From Vicinamibacteria bacterium (GTDB lineage: Bacteria; Acidobacteriota; Vicinamibacteria; Vicinamibacterales; JAENWD01), in the NCBI GenBank assembly GCA_963837165.1, contig CAWIMD010000008.1, positions 5,008 through 69,007 of the forward strand: 64,000 nucleotides of DNA. The letters are read 5' to 3'. The translations under genes were made by a program, and so were the position numbers. Under the pieces are notes generated by a model. That model was given only the letters and a program-made list of their open reading frames with translations, had not been told where the DNA came from and ran no database searches. Shown here piece by piece: positions 46,701 to 56,460 of the stretch (its first letter is position 1; each line of letters starts with the position of its first letter).

Positions 46701-47476
46701 GCACGTTGAGCGAGGACCTGCGATACGACTTCGACGCCGTCAGCGCGACCGGGCCCTACGTGCGGCATCGCGGGTACTACACGAGGTTCGGCGACGTCAC
46801 GCCGCTCCTGACCGCCGCCGAGGATCACTTCGTCATCTTCGGGTCCGGTGACGATGTGGGGATCGATTTCGACGCGCGGGCGCTGCCGCCCTTGCGTGAG
46901 GGGTGGACGCGCGACTACTTCGTGTATCTCGACGGCTTCGTCAAGGACATGGATTTCTACGCCGCCTACGCGCAGACCGTCGCGCCGCTGCCGTTCCGGG
47001 CGATGCCCGGGTATCCGTATCCGGCTGGCATCTCTTATCCGGCGTCCAATCTCGACTACCTGCTGAGCTGGGACACGCGCGCCGTGGAGGACCAGCACCC
47101 GCCGAGTTACCGGTTTCGGTACCTGAGAACGCCGAGGAAGCAGAGGAGCCCGGAGGAGCCGGAGGCCGCGGAGCAGGCTCAGGCGCAGAGATCGCAAAAG
47201 GGGCAGAGATCGCGGAGAAGAAAGACAGCCTCGGCGGGCGCACAGCGGAGTCGAACGCGCGGCGACCGACTGCGGGATTGGCGTCGCGGCGAAGCCGCGA
47301 CAGGGCGAGTGGATGGCCCGGGAGAAGAAGGGCCGTATGTAATTACCTGGGGGCCTTTCTTCTCCCGGGCCATCCACTCGCCGTGCCGGCCGCGTTGCGG
47401 CCGGCGCCAATCCCGCAGTGAATCGCCGCCGTTATGCGCGCGGATCGTCTCCGCCCTCCTGCGATCTCCCCTCTAG
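43754..47476 (+). CDS. TPR + FG-GAP + ASPIC/UnbV protein with a large C-terminal domain (last about 115 codons run through repeat DNA)
   Basis: Signal peptide, TPRs, DxDxDG repeats, NRSGLGTKVEV..GYLG, GSSCPILFTWNG, GFPAG, GFVKDMD. Confidence 0.85.
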   Translation: MRRTLLPLGLIAVLLALVAPRLAATRGQAPARVAAPADAVRQNNLGVASMNQQKFEVALDDFDKALAAQPDLILAQVNKAVALLALQRFDDAQQILERVVKADPKNARGWYNLGLLHKGLGNTDQALAAFRRVIELAPDDAHARYFAGLLASQDQHYDVAIQDFTKALDIDPFLISAEFGLARAYQRSGNQDEARAHMERFSRITQEKVASAMSLAYGDQGPLSLAEAGQLPASALAAIPVTFVTTAPQPQVATPLNASIGPGACLIDADGNGTADLVSVSPNPAAKAAALFLNRAGTWVPSQASGLDATGPGIGCSVGDYDNDEHPDLAITAGGGVTLFHNDGKGIFTRGPALDAHGHATGVLFVDFDHDADLDVYVLGGTGPDTMFRNNGDGTFADVTADRGLAGAGADRMATASDLDNDRAIDLIVTGDRGVSIYLNPREGKFISLDASAWSPSPPSSVVGVAVLDFDKDGWMDLAFTHAGAPGLSLWRNEAGKRFARVPLPDLPLDRAYGVAQIDYDNDGWLDLAAAGSKAGRSGIVVLRNVQGSFQDVSAIVGADKASPPAIPRDLLADDVDGDGDADLVVADANGGSVVLRNDGGNAHKSLRLTLKGLNDNRSGLGTKVEVQAGAIWQKFETVGATGYLGSGAPGLLVGLGDNATADVVRLLWPTGVVQDEIQLAADTPHEIQQIDRRGSSCPILFTWNGERFEFISDTIGPAVIGHWVAPGEYDTPDTDELVKVTGDQLKPRDGKLSLHFTEPMEEVNYLDRAKLFAIDHPRGTEVDPNERFAATPPFPVDRVIASRGARLPHGAWDEHGRDLMPALRAADHHFVDNFANAPFKGFAALHALELDLGPLPAGAPVRLLMRGFTDYFTANSMYAADQAKLAVIVPYLEARRADGSWVRVSDDIGFPAGLLRTMVADLTDVLPPGTRRIRIWTNLKVYWDQVLVDTTPDGAVPFVRTEIPLLSARLSFRGYPREVQRGTLSEDLRYDFDAVSATGPYVRHRGYYTRFGDVTPLLTAAEDHFVIFGSGDDVGIDFDARALPPLREGWTRDYFVYLDGFVKDMDFYAAYAQTVAPLPFRAMPGYPYPAGISYPASNLDYLLSWDTRAVEDQHPPSYRFRYLRTPRKQRSPEEPEAAEQAQAQRSQKGQRSRRRKTASAGAQRSRTRGDRLRDWRRGEAATGRVDGPGEEGPYVITWGPFFSRAIHSPCRPRCGRRQSRSESPPLCARIVSALLRSPL
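47259..47429. repeat. Nested inverted-repeat element (4-way junction), MITE-like or structured RNA
   Basis: 15-bp outer stem, 26-bp perfect inner stem and two side hairpins (see findings). Confidence 0.75.
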
Positions 47477-47627
47477 CCCTGCTCTGCGCGCTCGCTTGCC
47501 GGCCCGTCGCGCAACGCACGATGGCCGGCTCTCTCTGCGCCCGGTTCTTGCATGCGCCAAGGCTGGCGGCACCGGGTCACTGGCGCCGCCGGCCCGTTTG
47601 CGCCTACTCTCCGCCAAGGAGGTCACG

Positions 47628-49796
47628 ATGGCACGCGCCCGCCCCCGGCTCAGTGTCCTCGGCATTGGCCTGTTGTCCACCATCGCGGTCAGCGCGGCGG
47701 CGCCCCCGGCGCAGGCGCCCCCACCGGCGTCCCGGGCCGATCGGCCCAGTTTCCGCGTCGGCGTGGACGTCGTCCGCATCGATGCCGTCGTCACGGACAA
47801 GGACGGCAACGTCGTCCCGGATCTGACGGCAGACGACTTCGAGGTGCGCCAGGACGGAAAGCTCCAGCCGGTCACGCTGGCGCGCTTCTACCCCGTCGCG
47901 GACACGGGCGCGCGACCGGCCGGCAGCACGACGGCCAGTGCACCTTCCAGCTCCGGCGTCCTGCCCGCGATCGAGCCGCTGCCCGCCCCGCTCACCCGCG
48001 ACGAGGTCCAGCGATCGATCGTCCTGGTCGTGGACGACCTCGGGATGTCGGTCGAAAGCCTCTATTACGCGAAACGCGGGCTCAACCAGTTCATCGACCG
48101 CGACATCGGGCCCCGGGATCTCGTCGCCATCGTCCGCAGCTCCGCGCCCGGCGGCGTGCTCAAGCCGTTCACGACGGATCGCCGCCTGCTCCACGCGCAG
48201 GTGGACGGCCTGCACTGGAACGGGTTCTCGCGAACGCACGTCGAGCCGTTCGAATCGGTCCAGAAACTCCTCGACACGTCGGTTGCAGGTGTTGGCAAGG
48301 CAGCGGTGCAGCCGGACGACTTCACCCTGTTCAACGAGATGCGGCAGTACATGTCGGCTGCGGGCACGCTCGGTGCGATGAACCTGCTCCTGCACAACTC
48401 CAGGGATCTCCCCGGGCGCCGCGTCATGATCCTGCTGTCCGAGGGCTTCCAGGTCATGGAAACCGACCACCACGATGGAACGTGGCAGCCGGAACCGCGG
48501 ATCCGCGGCGGGCTCGACCGCGTATTCGAGCAGGCGACTCGTGCCGGCGTCGTCATCTACTCCGTGGACATCCGCGGACTCCAGACCGGCGGCCTCCTCG
48601 CGTCCGACAACGCGGTGGGCCTCGGGTCGCCCCAGGACGTGATCGAAAACTCGCAGGTGGTCAAGGCTGCCCACGACCGCAACAGGATGCTGCTCGACAC
48701 CGAGGAGAGCCTCTCCTACGTCGCCGCGCAGACCGGCGGCTTCGCGGTGCTCAGCTCGAACGACATCGGCCGCGGCCTCGAGCGCGTGCTGGACGACGTG
48801 AAGAGCTATTACATCCTCGGCTACGATCCGCCCGAGGGCACGTTCGCCGAGAAGGGCAAGACGCCGCGGTACCACAAGCTCAGTGTCCGTGTGAAGCGGC
48901 CCGGGCTCAAGATCAGGACGCGGAAGGAGTTCCTGGGTTTCCGGGAGCCGCCAGAGACGGCCCCGTCCACTCCGGCCGAGGCGCTGCAGCACGCGGCCCT
49001 GTCCCCGTTCGCCACGAGCGAGATCCCGATCAAGGCCACCGCGCTGCCCGGCTACTCGCCGACGAGCGGCGCCTTCGTGCGGGCGCTGCTCTACATCGAC
49101 GCGCGCGGGCTGTCCTACGAACCCGACGCCACCGGTCGCCGTGCGGCATCGGTGGACGTGCTCGGCATTGCCGTCGACGAGCAGGGCACGGAGGTCGGGC
49201 AGTTGAGCACGGGCTTTTCCGTCGCGCTGGCCGACAAGGCGGACGAGGCGGAGCTGGAGAAAGGACTCGTCTACGTCCTGCGCGTGCCAATCGCGAAGCC
49301 CGGCGCGTACCAGGTCCGCTTCGCCGTCCGCGATCAGCGCTCGGGCGCGGTGGGATCGACGGGCCAGTTCGTCCAGCTCGAGGACGTGGCGCACGGCGCC
49401 TTCGCGCTGTCGGGCATCGTCATCGGCGAGGACAAGACGTCGGCGGACGCCAGGGTGGCCGAGGGGCTGGATACGGGCGGCCTCCTGCGACAGCAGGCGC
49501 GGCGCGTGTTCGAACCGGGCAGCCAGCTCTCGTTTGCGTACGAGGTGTACAACGCCGGCGCACCGGTCGAGGCCACCGCGTCGGTCTGGCGCGGCGACGA
49601 GAAGGTGTTCGCGACGATGGCGGATCGACTCGCGCCTCCCGCAACGGACGAGTCGCGGTTTGCCGCCGCGGGCGGCCTGAAGCTTGGAACGGCGCTGCCG
49701 CCCGGCCGCTACGTCCTCCAGGTGGACGCGAGGACGAAGCCAGGCAGCGGCCGGAGGAAGTCCGCGACGGAACGCATCGACTTCGAGGTGCGCTGA
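47628..49796 (+). CDS. Acidobacterial-type VWA domain protein
   Basis: AAGGAGG SD before ATG 47628; FRVGVDVVRIDAVVTDKDG, VVDDLGMS, PGRRVMILLSEG, YYILGY. Confidence 0.85.
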   Translation: MARARPRLSVLGIGLLSTIAVSAAAPPAQAPPPASRADRPSFRVGVDVVRIDAVVTDKDGNVVPDLTADDFEVRQDGKLQPVTLARFYPVADTGARPAGSTTASAPSSSGVLPAIEPLPAPLTRDEVQRSIVLVVDDLGMSVESLYYAKRGLNQFIDRDIGPRDLVAIVRSSAPGGVLKPFTTDRRLLHAQVDGLHWNGFSRTHVEPFESVQKLLDTSVAGVGKAAVQPDDFTLFNEMRQYMSAAGTLGAMNLLLHNSRDLPGRRVMILLSEGFQVMETDHHDGTWQPEPRIRGGLDRVFEQATRAGVVIYSVDIRGLQTGGLLASDNAVGLGSPQDVIENSQVVKAAHDRNRMLLDTEESLSYVAAQTGGFAVLSSNDIGRGLERVLDDVKSYYILGYDPPEGTFAEKGKTPRYHKLSVRVKRPGLKIRTRKEFLGFREPPETAPSTPAEALQHAALSPFATSEIPIKATALPGYSPTSGAFVRALLYIDARGLSYEPDATGRRAASVDVLGIAVDEQGTEVGQLSTGFSVALADKADEAELEKGLVYVLRVPIAKPGAYQVRFAVRDQRSGAVGSTGQFVQLEDVAHGAFALSGIVIGEDKTSADARVAEGLDTGGLLRQQARRVFEPGSQLSFAYEVYNAGAPVEATASVWRGDEKVFATMADRLAPPATDESRFAAAGGLKLGTALPPGRYVLQVDARTKPGSGRRKSATERIDFEVR

Positions 49797-51883
49797 TGCG
49801 GCGCGCGCCTCTGGCGTGCCTCGGCCTGGCCGTCGCGCTGGGGCTCGCGGCGTCCGGCCAGGCGCCCGAGAACGTCCTGCAGTCCGCGCGCCCCCAACAG
49901 CCCCCGCCGCCCGCCTTCCACGTCGGCGTGGACGCCGTCCGCATCGACGCCGTCGTCACGGACAAGCATGGTCATGTCGTCACCGACCTGACCGCGGACG
50001 ATTTCGAGCTGCGGCAGGACGGCGACCCGGAGGTGCTGACGCTCGCGCAGTACGTGCGCGAGTCGGCGCCAGTGACGACCGGGAGCAGGACCACCCTCGC
50101 GGCGTCCGCGGCATCGCCCGCGGCTCCCCAGCCGCAGCACCCGCTCGACGCCAACCGTGTCCAGCGCACGATCGCGCTGGTCGTGGACGACCTCGGCCTG
50201 TCGTGGGAGAGCATCCGCGACACGCGCAAGGCCATGCACACGTTCATCGACGACCGGGTTCAGCCGGGTGACCTGGTGGGCATCCTCCGGACCAGCACCT
50301 TCTCCGGCGCGCTGCAGCAGTTCACGACCGACAAGCATCGGCTGCACGACATCGTGGACCAGGTGCGGTACACCGCCGCGTCCCGACGAGGCATTTCCCC
50401 GCTTCCCTCGACGCCAAAGTCACACGGCAATTCCATCGGCGCTGCGGAAATGGACGCGCTGATCGCGCAGACCAACGGCATGCCCGGCCCGGCGGAGGTC
50501 GACAGCGCGCTCGTCACGCTGAGCGCGCTGACGACGATCGTGCACGGCGCCAGGGACCTTCCGGGACGCAAGGTCGTCATCCTCCTGTCCGAGGGCTTCC
50601 GGCTGGATGCGGGCGACAGCGGTTTCATCGATCCGCGGATCCGGCGGAAGTTCGAGCTGCTCTATGACGAGGCCGCTCGTGCCGGCGTCGTCATCTACAC
50701 GCTCGATGTCCGCGGGCTGCTGAGTGGCTGTGCGACGGCCGAAGACGCAGGCGCGGGGACTGGAGGCAACTGTCAGAACATTCCGATGATCATCACCACC
50801 GAGGACTCGCTTTGGACGATCGCACACGAGACCGGTGGCCAGGCGATCGAGAACACCAACGACCTCGCCCGCGGCCTGGCGCGCGTGGACGAGGCCGAGC
50901 AGGGCTACTACCTGCTCGGGTACACGCCGACCGCCAGCACCTTCGCGAAGCCCGGCAAGACGGTGAGGTTTCACAAGATCTCCCTGCGCGTGAAGCGCCC
51001 GGATCTGCAGGTCCGCGTGCGCTCCGGCTTTCTCGGCCACCCCGACTCGGCGCACGAGGAACCGAAGACACCGGCCGAGCAGATGTTCGCCGCGGCGACG
51101 TCACCCTTCGTCACGACGACGATTCCCGTGCAGGCGACGGTGCTGCCAGGGTTCACGCGCGAGGACGGCAATTACCTCCGCACGCTGATGCACCTGGACG
51201 TGGATACGTTCACAACCGCGCATCAAGAGGGGCGAGACGTCATCGAGGCCGACGTACTGGCCCTCGTGTTCGACGAATGGGGCAACCAGGTGGCCACGCG
51301 CGCCAACACGCTGACCTTCGCACCCAACGCGAGGACCGGCTCTGGCGCGGGCGCCGTCGTGTACTCGATCAAGCTGCCGGTGTCCCATGGCGGCGGGTAC
51401 CAGGTGCGGCTGGCCATTCGCGATCGCGCCTCCGGCGCCCTGGGCTCGGCCGGTCGGTTCGTCGAAGTGCAGGACGCGGCGCACGGCGACTTCGCGCTCT
51501 CCGGCGTGCTCCTGGCCGGCGAGGCCAAGGTCCACGCCGCGTCCGAGCCAGGCGTCACGCCCGCGGTCGTGCCGAGCGACCCGACGCGCCGCGTTTTCAC
51601 ACCCGGCGGCCAGCTCGTCTACACATACGAGATCTACAATCCGCCCGCCGTCGTGGAAGTGACGCCGAGCGTGTGGCACGAGGGCACGCAGGTCTTCGCG
51701 GCGCCCCCAAGCAGCATCGAACCGGGATCGAAGGCCGGCACGCCCCTGAAGGTTGGCGGCGGTCTCCAGCTGACCGGCTCGATGGCGCCCGGCGACTACG
51801 TCTTGCAGATCGCCGCCACGGCGAAGGATCGGAGGGGCCATCCGACAACGGTCATCCGTCACATGGATTTCCAGGTGCAGTGA
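49796..51883 (+). CDS. Acidobacterial-type VWA domain protein
   Basis: TGATG coupling with the upstream gene; signal peptide MRRAPLACLGL; same motifs as its neighbours. Confidence 0.85.
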   Translation: MRRAPLACLGLAVALGLAASGQAPENVLQSARPQQPPPPAFHVGVDAVRIDAVVTDKHGHVVTDLTADDFELRQDGDPEVLTLAQYVRESAPVTTGSRTTLAASAASPAAPQPQHPLDANRVQRTIALVVDDLGLSWESIRDTRKAMHTFIDDRVQPGDLVGILRTSTFSGALQQFTTDKHRLHDIVDQVRYTAASRRGISPLPSTPKSHGNSIGAAEMDALIAQTNGMPGPAEVDSALVTLSALTTIVHGARDLPGRKVVILLSEGFRLDAGDSGFIDPRIRRKFELLYDEAARAGVVIYTLDVRGLLSGCATAEDAGAGTGGNCQNIPMIITTEDSLWTIAHETGGQAIENTNDLARGLARVDEAEQGYYLLGYTPTASTFAKPGKTVRFHKISLRVKRPDLQVRVRSGFLGHPDSAHEEPKTPAEQMFAAATSPFVTTTIPVQATVLPGFTREDGNYLRTLMHLDVDTFTTAHQEGRDVIEADVLALVFDEWGNQVATRANTLTFAPNARTGSGAGAVVYSIKLPVSHGGGYQVRLAIRDRASGALGSAGRFVEVQDAAHGDFALSGVLLAGEAKVHAASEPGVTPAVVPSDPTRRVFTPGGQLVYTYEIYNPPAVVEVTPSVWHEGTQVFAAPPSSIEPGSKAGTPLKVGGGLQLTGSMAPGDYVLQIAATAKDRRGHPTTVIRHMDFQVQ

Positions 51884-51890
51884 ACCTGTC

Positions 51891-53984
51891 ATGACACGGG
51901 CATTCCTGATCGCCGTCGTCCCGCTCGTCGGCCTGCTCGGCCTGGGCCCGCAGGCACCGCCGCAGGGTCCACCCTCCTTCCGCGTCGGCGTCGACGCCGT
52001 CCGCATCGACGCCATCGTCACCGATAAGCACGGCCACGTCGTCACCGATCTGACCGCGGACGATTTCGAGCTGCGGCAGGACGGCGACCCGCAGGTGCTG
52101 ACGCTCGCGCAGTACGTGCGCGAGTCGGCGCCAGTGACGACCGGGAGCAGGACCACCCTCGCGGCGTCCGCGGCATCGCCCGCGGCTCCCCAGCCGCAGC
52201 ACCCGCTCGACGCCAACCGTGTCCAGCGCACGATCGCGCTCGTCGTGGACGACCTCGGCCTGTCGTGGGAGAGCATCCGCGACACGCGCAAGGCCATGCA
52301 CACGTTCATCGGCGACCGGGTTCAGCCGGGTGATCTGGTCGGCATCCTCCGGACCAGCACCTTCTCCGGGGCGCTGCAGCAGTTCACGACCGACAAGCAT
52401 CGGCTGCACGACATCGTGGACCAGGTGCGGTGGACGGCGCTGTCGCGGCGGCACGTGTCGGCGTTCCCCTCCAGCCCAAAGACGCACGGCAACTCGTACG
52501 GGGCCGCCGAGATGGACGCGCTCATCGCAAAGGCCAATGGCACGCCGGGGCCCGTCGAGGTCAACAAGGCGCTGGCCACGCTCAGCGCGCTGACCATGAT
52601 CGTCCAGGGCGCGCGGGAACTCCCCGGCCGGAAGGTCGTGGTTCTCTTGTCCGAGGGCTTCCGGCTGGATACAGAAGACCAGTTCACGGACCCGCGCATC
52701 CTCCGCAGGCTGGAACGCCTCTACGACCAGGCCGCGCGAGCCGGCGTCGTCATCTACACGCTCGACGTGCGCGGACTTCAGACGGGCTGCGACACGGCAG
52801 AGGACGGAGGAGGTATGGGAGGGTGCGGCGGCGACAAGCACAAACTGCTGTTCACCACCATGAACTCGCTGTGGGCCATCGCCCACGAAACCGGCGGACA
52901 GGCCATCGAGAACACCAACGATCTTGGCGGCGGCCTGGCCCGTGTGGACGAGGCCGAGCGCGGCTATTACATCCTCGGCTACACCCCGGCAGACGGGACG
53001 TTCGCCGGGAAGGGCAGGACGCCCCGCTTCCACAAGATCTCCCTGCGCGTGAAGCGCCCCGGTCTGCGCGTCCGCGTGCGGACGGGATTTCTCGGCGTGC
53101 CGGATGCACCGCGCGGCGAGCCGAAGACGCCTGGAGAGCGGATGATTGCCGCGGCGACCTCGCCGTTCGTGGCGACGACGATCCCCGTCCGGGCGACCGT
53201 CCTGCCGGCGTTCACGCGCGAAGACGGCAACTATCTCCGCGCGCTGCTCCACATCGACCTGAATGCGCTGACGACGACCCGAGGCGAGGACGGCCGGGAG
53301 ACGGTGACCGCCGATGTGCTCGCGCTCGTGTTCGACGAGTGGGGCGAGCTCATCTCGCGCAACGCCAACACGCTGACGATCGCATCGGAGTCGGCCGATG
53401 CCGGACTCTCCCGCGACGGCGGCATCGTGTACTCGCTGAAAGTGCCGGTGCCGCGGGCCGGCGGCTACCAGGTGCGCTTCTCCATCCGCGACCGGCAGTC
53501 CGGCGCGATTGGCTCGGCCGGACAGTACGTGGAGGTGGACGATGCCTCGCACGGCGCGTTCACGATTTCGGGCGTGCTGCTGGCCGAGGCACACGACCCA
53601 GGGGCGGGCAGCGACGCCCACGCGGACATCGATGACGCGACCGCCCCGTCGCCAGAGACACCCCGGGCCGATCCGACCCGGCGGGTCTTCGCACCCGGCG
53701 ACCGCCTCGTCTACACCTACGAAATCTACAACGCGCGCGAGGTCGTGGAGGCCGCGCCAAGCGTCTGGCATGACGGCATCCGGGTCTTCGCGGCGCCGGC
53801 CGACAGACTCGATTCCGGCCCGACGCCGGGCGGTCCCGTGAAGGTCGGCGGCGGCCTCCAGCTGACCGGGTCGATGGCGCCGGGCGACTACGTCTTCCAG
53901 CTGGCCGCCACGGCGAAGGGCGCGAAGGGACGGCGGCAGACCGTCGTCCGGCGGACGGATTTCGAAGTACGGCCGTCACCATGA
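51891..53984 (+). CDS. Acidobacterial-type VWA domain protein, close paralogue of 49796..51883
   Basis: Near-identical DNA over about 380 bp of the 5' region. Confidence 0.85.
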   Translation: MTRAFLIAVVPLVGLLGLGPQAPPQGPPSFRVGVDAVRIDAIVTDKHGHVVTDLTADDFELRQDGDPQVLTLAQYVRESAPVTTGSRTTLAASAASPAAPQPQHPLDANRVQRTIALVVDDLGLSWESIRDTRKAMHTFIGDRVQPGDLVGILRTSTFSGALQQFTTDKHRLHDIVDQVRWTALSRRHVSAFPSSPKTHGNSYGAAEMDALIAKANGTPGPVEVNKALATLSALTMIVQGARELPGRKVVVLLSEGFRLDTEDQFTDPRILRRLERLYDQAARAGVVIYTLDVRGLQTGCDTAEDGGGMGGCGGDKHKLLFTTMNSLWAIAHETGGQAIENTNDLGGGLARVDEAERGYYILGYTPADGTFAGKGRTPRFHKISLRVKRPGLRVRVRTGFLGVPDAPRGEPKTPGERMIAAATSPFVATTIPVRATVLPAFTREDGNYLRALLHIDLNALTTTRGEDGRETVTADVLALVFDEWGELISRNANTLTIASESADAGLSRDGGIVYSLKVPVPRAGGYQVRFSIRDRQSGAIGSAGQYVEVDDASHGAFTISGVLLAEAHDPGAGSDAHADIDDATAPSPETPRADPTRRVFAPGDRLVYTYEIYNAREVVEAAPSVWHDGIRVFAAPADRLDSGPTPGGPVKVGGGLQLTGSMAPGDYVFQLAATAKGAKGRRQTVVRRTDFEVRPSP

Positions 53985-53989
53985 GAAGC

Positions 53990-54160
53990 CGTCAACTCCC
54001 AATCTCCAACTCCCAACTCCCAATCTCCAACTCCCAACTCCCAATGTCCAACTCCCAATCTCCAACTCCCAACTCCCAACCTCCAACTCCCAAAACCGAT
54101 TGCTGGACGATTTGGGTTCGACATACGTGGGAGTTGGGGATTGGGCGTTGGGAATTGACG
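53990..54160. repeat. Heptamer array (AACTCCC/AATCTCC, about 14 units) with an inverted short array
   Basis: CGTCAACTCCCAA...53990-54093; TGGGAGTTGGGGATTGGGCGTTGGGAATTGACG 54128-54160. Confidence 0.8.
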
Positions 54161-54212
54161 AGTTCTTCGGCACCGTCGAGTGCTGCTACAATTCCCGGGC
54201 ATTCTCCCGCCC

Positions 54213-56453
54213 ATGATTGGCCGACTCATATCGCACTACAAAGTCATCGCGCAGGTCGGTGCCGGCGGGATGGGCATTGTCTACAAGGCAGAGGACAGCC
54301 GGCTCGGCCGCCTGCTCGCCCTCAAGTTCCTGCCCGCCGACACCTCCCAGGATCCGCTGACGCTCGAGCGGTTCCAGCGCGAGGCGCGCGCGGCGTCGAG
54401 CTTCAACCACCCGGGCATCTGCACCATCTACGACATCGGCGAGTTCGAGGGCCGGCAGTTCATCGCGATGGAGCTGCTCGACGGCGAGCCGCTCGACAAG
54501 CTCATCGGGGGGAAGCCCCTCCCGGTCGGCCGGGCCCTCGAGCTCGGCATCCAGATCGCGGACGCCCTGGACGCGGCGCACGCGCAGGGCATCCTGCACC
54601 GCGACATCAAGCCCGCCAACATCTTCGTGACCACGCGCGGCCACGCGAAGGTGCTCGACTTCGGTCTGGCCAAGCTGGCGCCGCTCAGCCGCGACACGTT
54701 CGGCGGCGTGTCGGCCGCGGCGCCGACGGTTGCCGAAGCGCTCATGACCACCGGTGGGCTGGCCGTCGGAACCATCGCCTACATGTCGCCCGAGCAGGCC
54801 CGCGGCGAGGACCTCGACGCGCGCAGTGATCTCTTCTCGCTGGGCGTCGTGCTGCACGAGATGGTCACCGGCCGGCAGGCGTTCCAGGGCAACACGACCG
54901 CGGTGGTCTTCGACGCGATCCTGAACCGCATGCCGCCGCCGGCGTCGTCGCTCAACGCCGAGGTGCCCCCCGAGCTGGAGCGAATCATCGACAAGGCGGT
55001 CGAGAAGGATCGGGCGCTGCGATACCAGACCGCGTCCGGCCTCAAGTCGGACCTGGAACGGCTGAGGCGCGCGCGCGACTCGGGTCATACGCGGGCCAGC
55101 AGCGCCGGGTACGCCGCGCAGCCCGGCACGCCGGTGCCGGCCAGTGCGTCGGGATCGCGACCCGTCGCCGGCGCGTGGCCGTCCACGCCCGGCGTCTCGA
55201 CGGCGAGCTCGGCGGCCACGATCATCGCCGCGCAGCCGGTGCCGCCGTCCACGCCGAACCAGCCGGCGGCGATCCAGGCCGCACCTTCGCCCGCCGCGGC
55301 GACGCCGACCCTGGCACCGGGCACGCGCCGCAAGGGCCTCTGGTTCGGGCTTGCCGCCGTGTTCGTCGTTCTTCTCGTCGCGGTCGCCGGATTCTTCGTG
55401 TGGCGGCAGAGTCAGAGCGCGGCATCGGCGTCTACGCCGGGCGAGAGCGCGTCGGAACAAGCGGCTGTGACGCCAGCCCCGGAGGCTGCTGCACCGGCCG
55501 AGACGCCATCCGCGCCCGCCGACGCCGCAGGGACGGAACCCGCGCCCCCGTCCGACGCGCAGGCGGCGGAGGTTCCTGCGGCGCCAGCCGCCGCTCCGAA
55601 ACCCGCGGCAAAGTCCTCGCCCGGCGCGACCGCCGGCGGCCGCCAGACCGCGAAGGCCTCGCCGGCAGCGGCTCCTGCCGCGGAAACGCGCGCAAAGCCA
55701 CCATCGGCGCCGGCGCCGCCCGAGCCCGATCCGGTCGCCGACGCCGTCAACGTTGCGGGCGCCGCCATCCGCGGAGGCCAGTTCGACAACGCGCTCGCGG
55801 CCCTGCAGGCGGCGCTCGGCCAGCGGCCGGCGAGCCCGAGCGCGCCCGAGGCCAACCTGCTCATCGCGCACGTCTACGAGCGCCAGCGCCGCCTCGACGC
55901 CGCGACGGCGGCCTACACGGAAGTGAAGAACTCGTATCCGCGGAATCCCGTGGCCGCCGAAGCGCTGGTGCGGCTGGCGGACCTCGTCCAGCAGACGAAA
56001 CAGCCGGACCGCGTGCAGACGGCCATCGACTACCTGACACAGGCCCTGACGACGTTTCCCGGGACCGCCACGGCGCCGCAGGCGCTCGCGATGCGGGCCG
56101 GCATCGAGGAGCGCGAGAACCTCAAGGTGACCGATCCGACGCTGGGGCGGCCGGTGCCGGCCGCGCTGGTCTCGTACCGGCAGCTCGTGGACCGCTATCC
56201 GTCGGCCGGCGTCTCGGAGCTGGCCTGCTGGAAGCTGGCCTCGTATTACGACGACCTGAAGCGATACGATCTGGCCGCCGGGGCGTTCGAGACGCTCGGC
56301 ACGCGATTCCCGGCGACGCGCTACGACGCGTGGTGGGAGGCGGGCGAGATCTACGAGAAGCGGCTCAAGGACAAGGACCGCGCCAGGAGTGCCTACCAGC
56401 GGGTGCCGTCATCGTCGCGACACTATCGCGACGCGCAGAAGAAGCTCCAGTAG
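54213..56453 (+). CDS. Hanks-type Ser/Thr kinase with one TM helix and an extracytoplasmic TPR-like domain
   Basis: [41 protein letters not shown]; TM segment [22 protein letters not shown]. Confidence 0.92.
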   Translation: MIGRLISHYKVIAQVGAGGMGIVYKAEDSRLGRLLALKFLPADTSQDPLTLERFQREARAASSFNHPGICTIYDIGEFEGRQFIAMELLDGEPLDKLIGGKPLPVGRALELGIQIADALDAAHAQGILHRDIKPANIFVTTRGHAKVLDFGLAKLAPLSRDTFGGVSAAAPTVAEALMTTGGLAVGTIAYMSPEQARGEDLDARSDLFSLGVVLHEMVTGRQAFQGNTTAVVFDAILNRMPPPASSLNAEVPPELERIIDKAVEKDRALRYQTASGLKSDLERLRRARDSGHTRASSAGYAAQPGTPVPASASGSRPVAGAWPSTPGVSTASSAATIIAAQPVPPSTPNQPAAIQAAPSPAAATPTLAPGTRRKGLWFGLAAVFVVLLVAVAGFFVWRQSQSAASASTPGESASEQAAVTPAPEAAAPAETPSAPADAAGTEPAPPSDAQAAEVPAAPAAAPKPAAKSSPGATAGGRQTAKASPAAAPAAETRAKPPSAPAPPEPDPVADAVNVAGAAIRGGQFDNALAALQAALGQRPASPSAPEANLLIAHVYERQRRLDAATAAYTEVKNSYPRNPVAAEALVRLADLVQQTKQPDRVQTAIDYLTQALTTFPGTATAPQALAMRAGIEERENLKVTDPTLGRPVPAALVSYRQLVDRYPSAGVSELACWKLASYYDDLKRYDLAAGAFETLGTRFPATRYDAWWEAGEIYEKRLKDKDRARSAYQRVPSSSRHYRDAQKKLQ

Positions 56454-56460
56454 AGCACCG

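Noticed and set aside
47552-49795. 1443-aa ORF 47552..51883 as one giant protein
   Set aside because: The first 748 codons are an off-frame overlap of the preceding VWA gene; the real start is ATG 49796 with a signal peptide.
49917-52431. Near-identical VWA segments as a DGR template/variable repeat pair
   Set aside because: Mismatches are mostly synonymous C/T or G/C rather than adenine-specific; both copies are in-frame N-terminal coding sequence; no reverse transcriptase is present.
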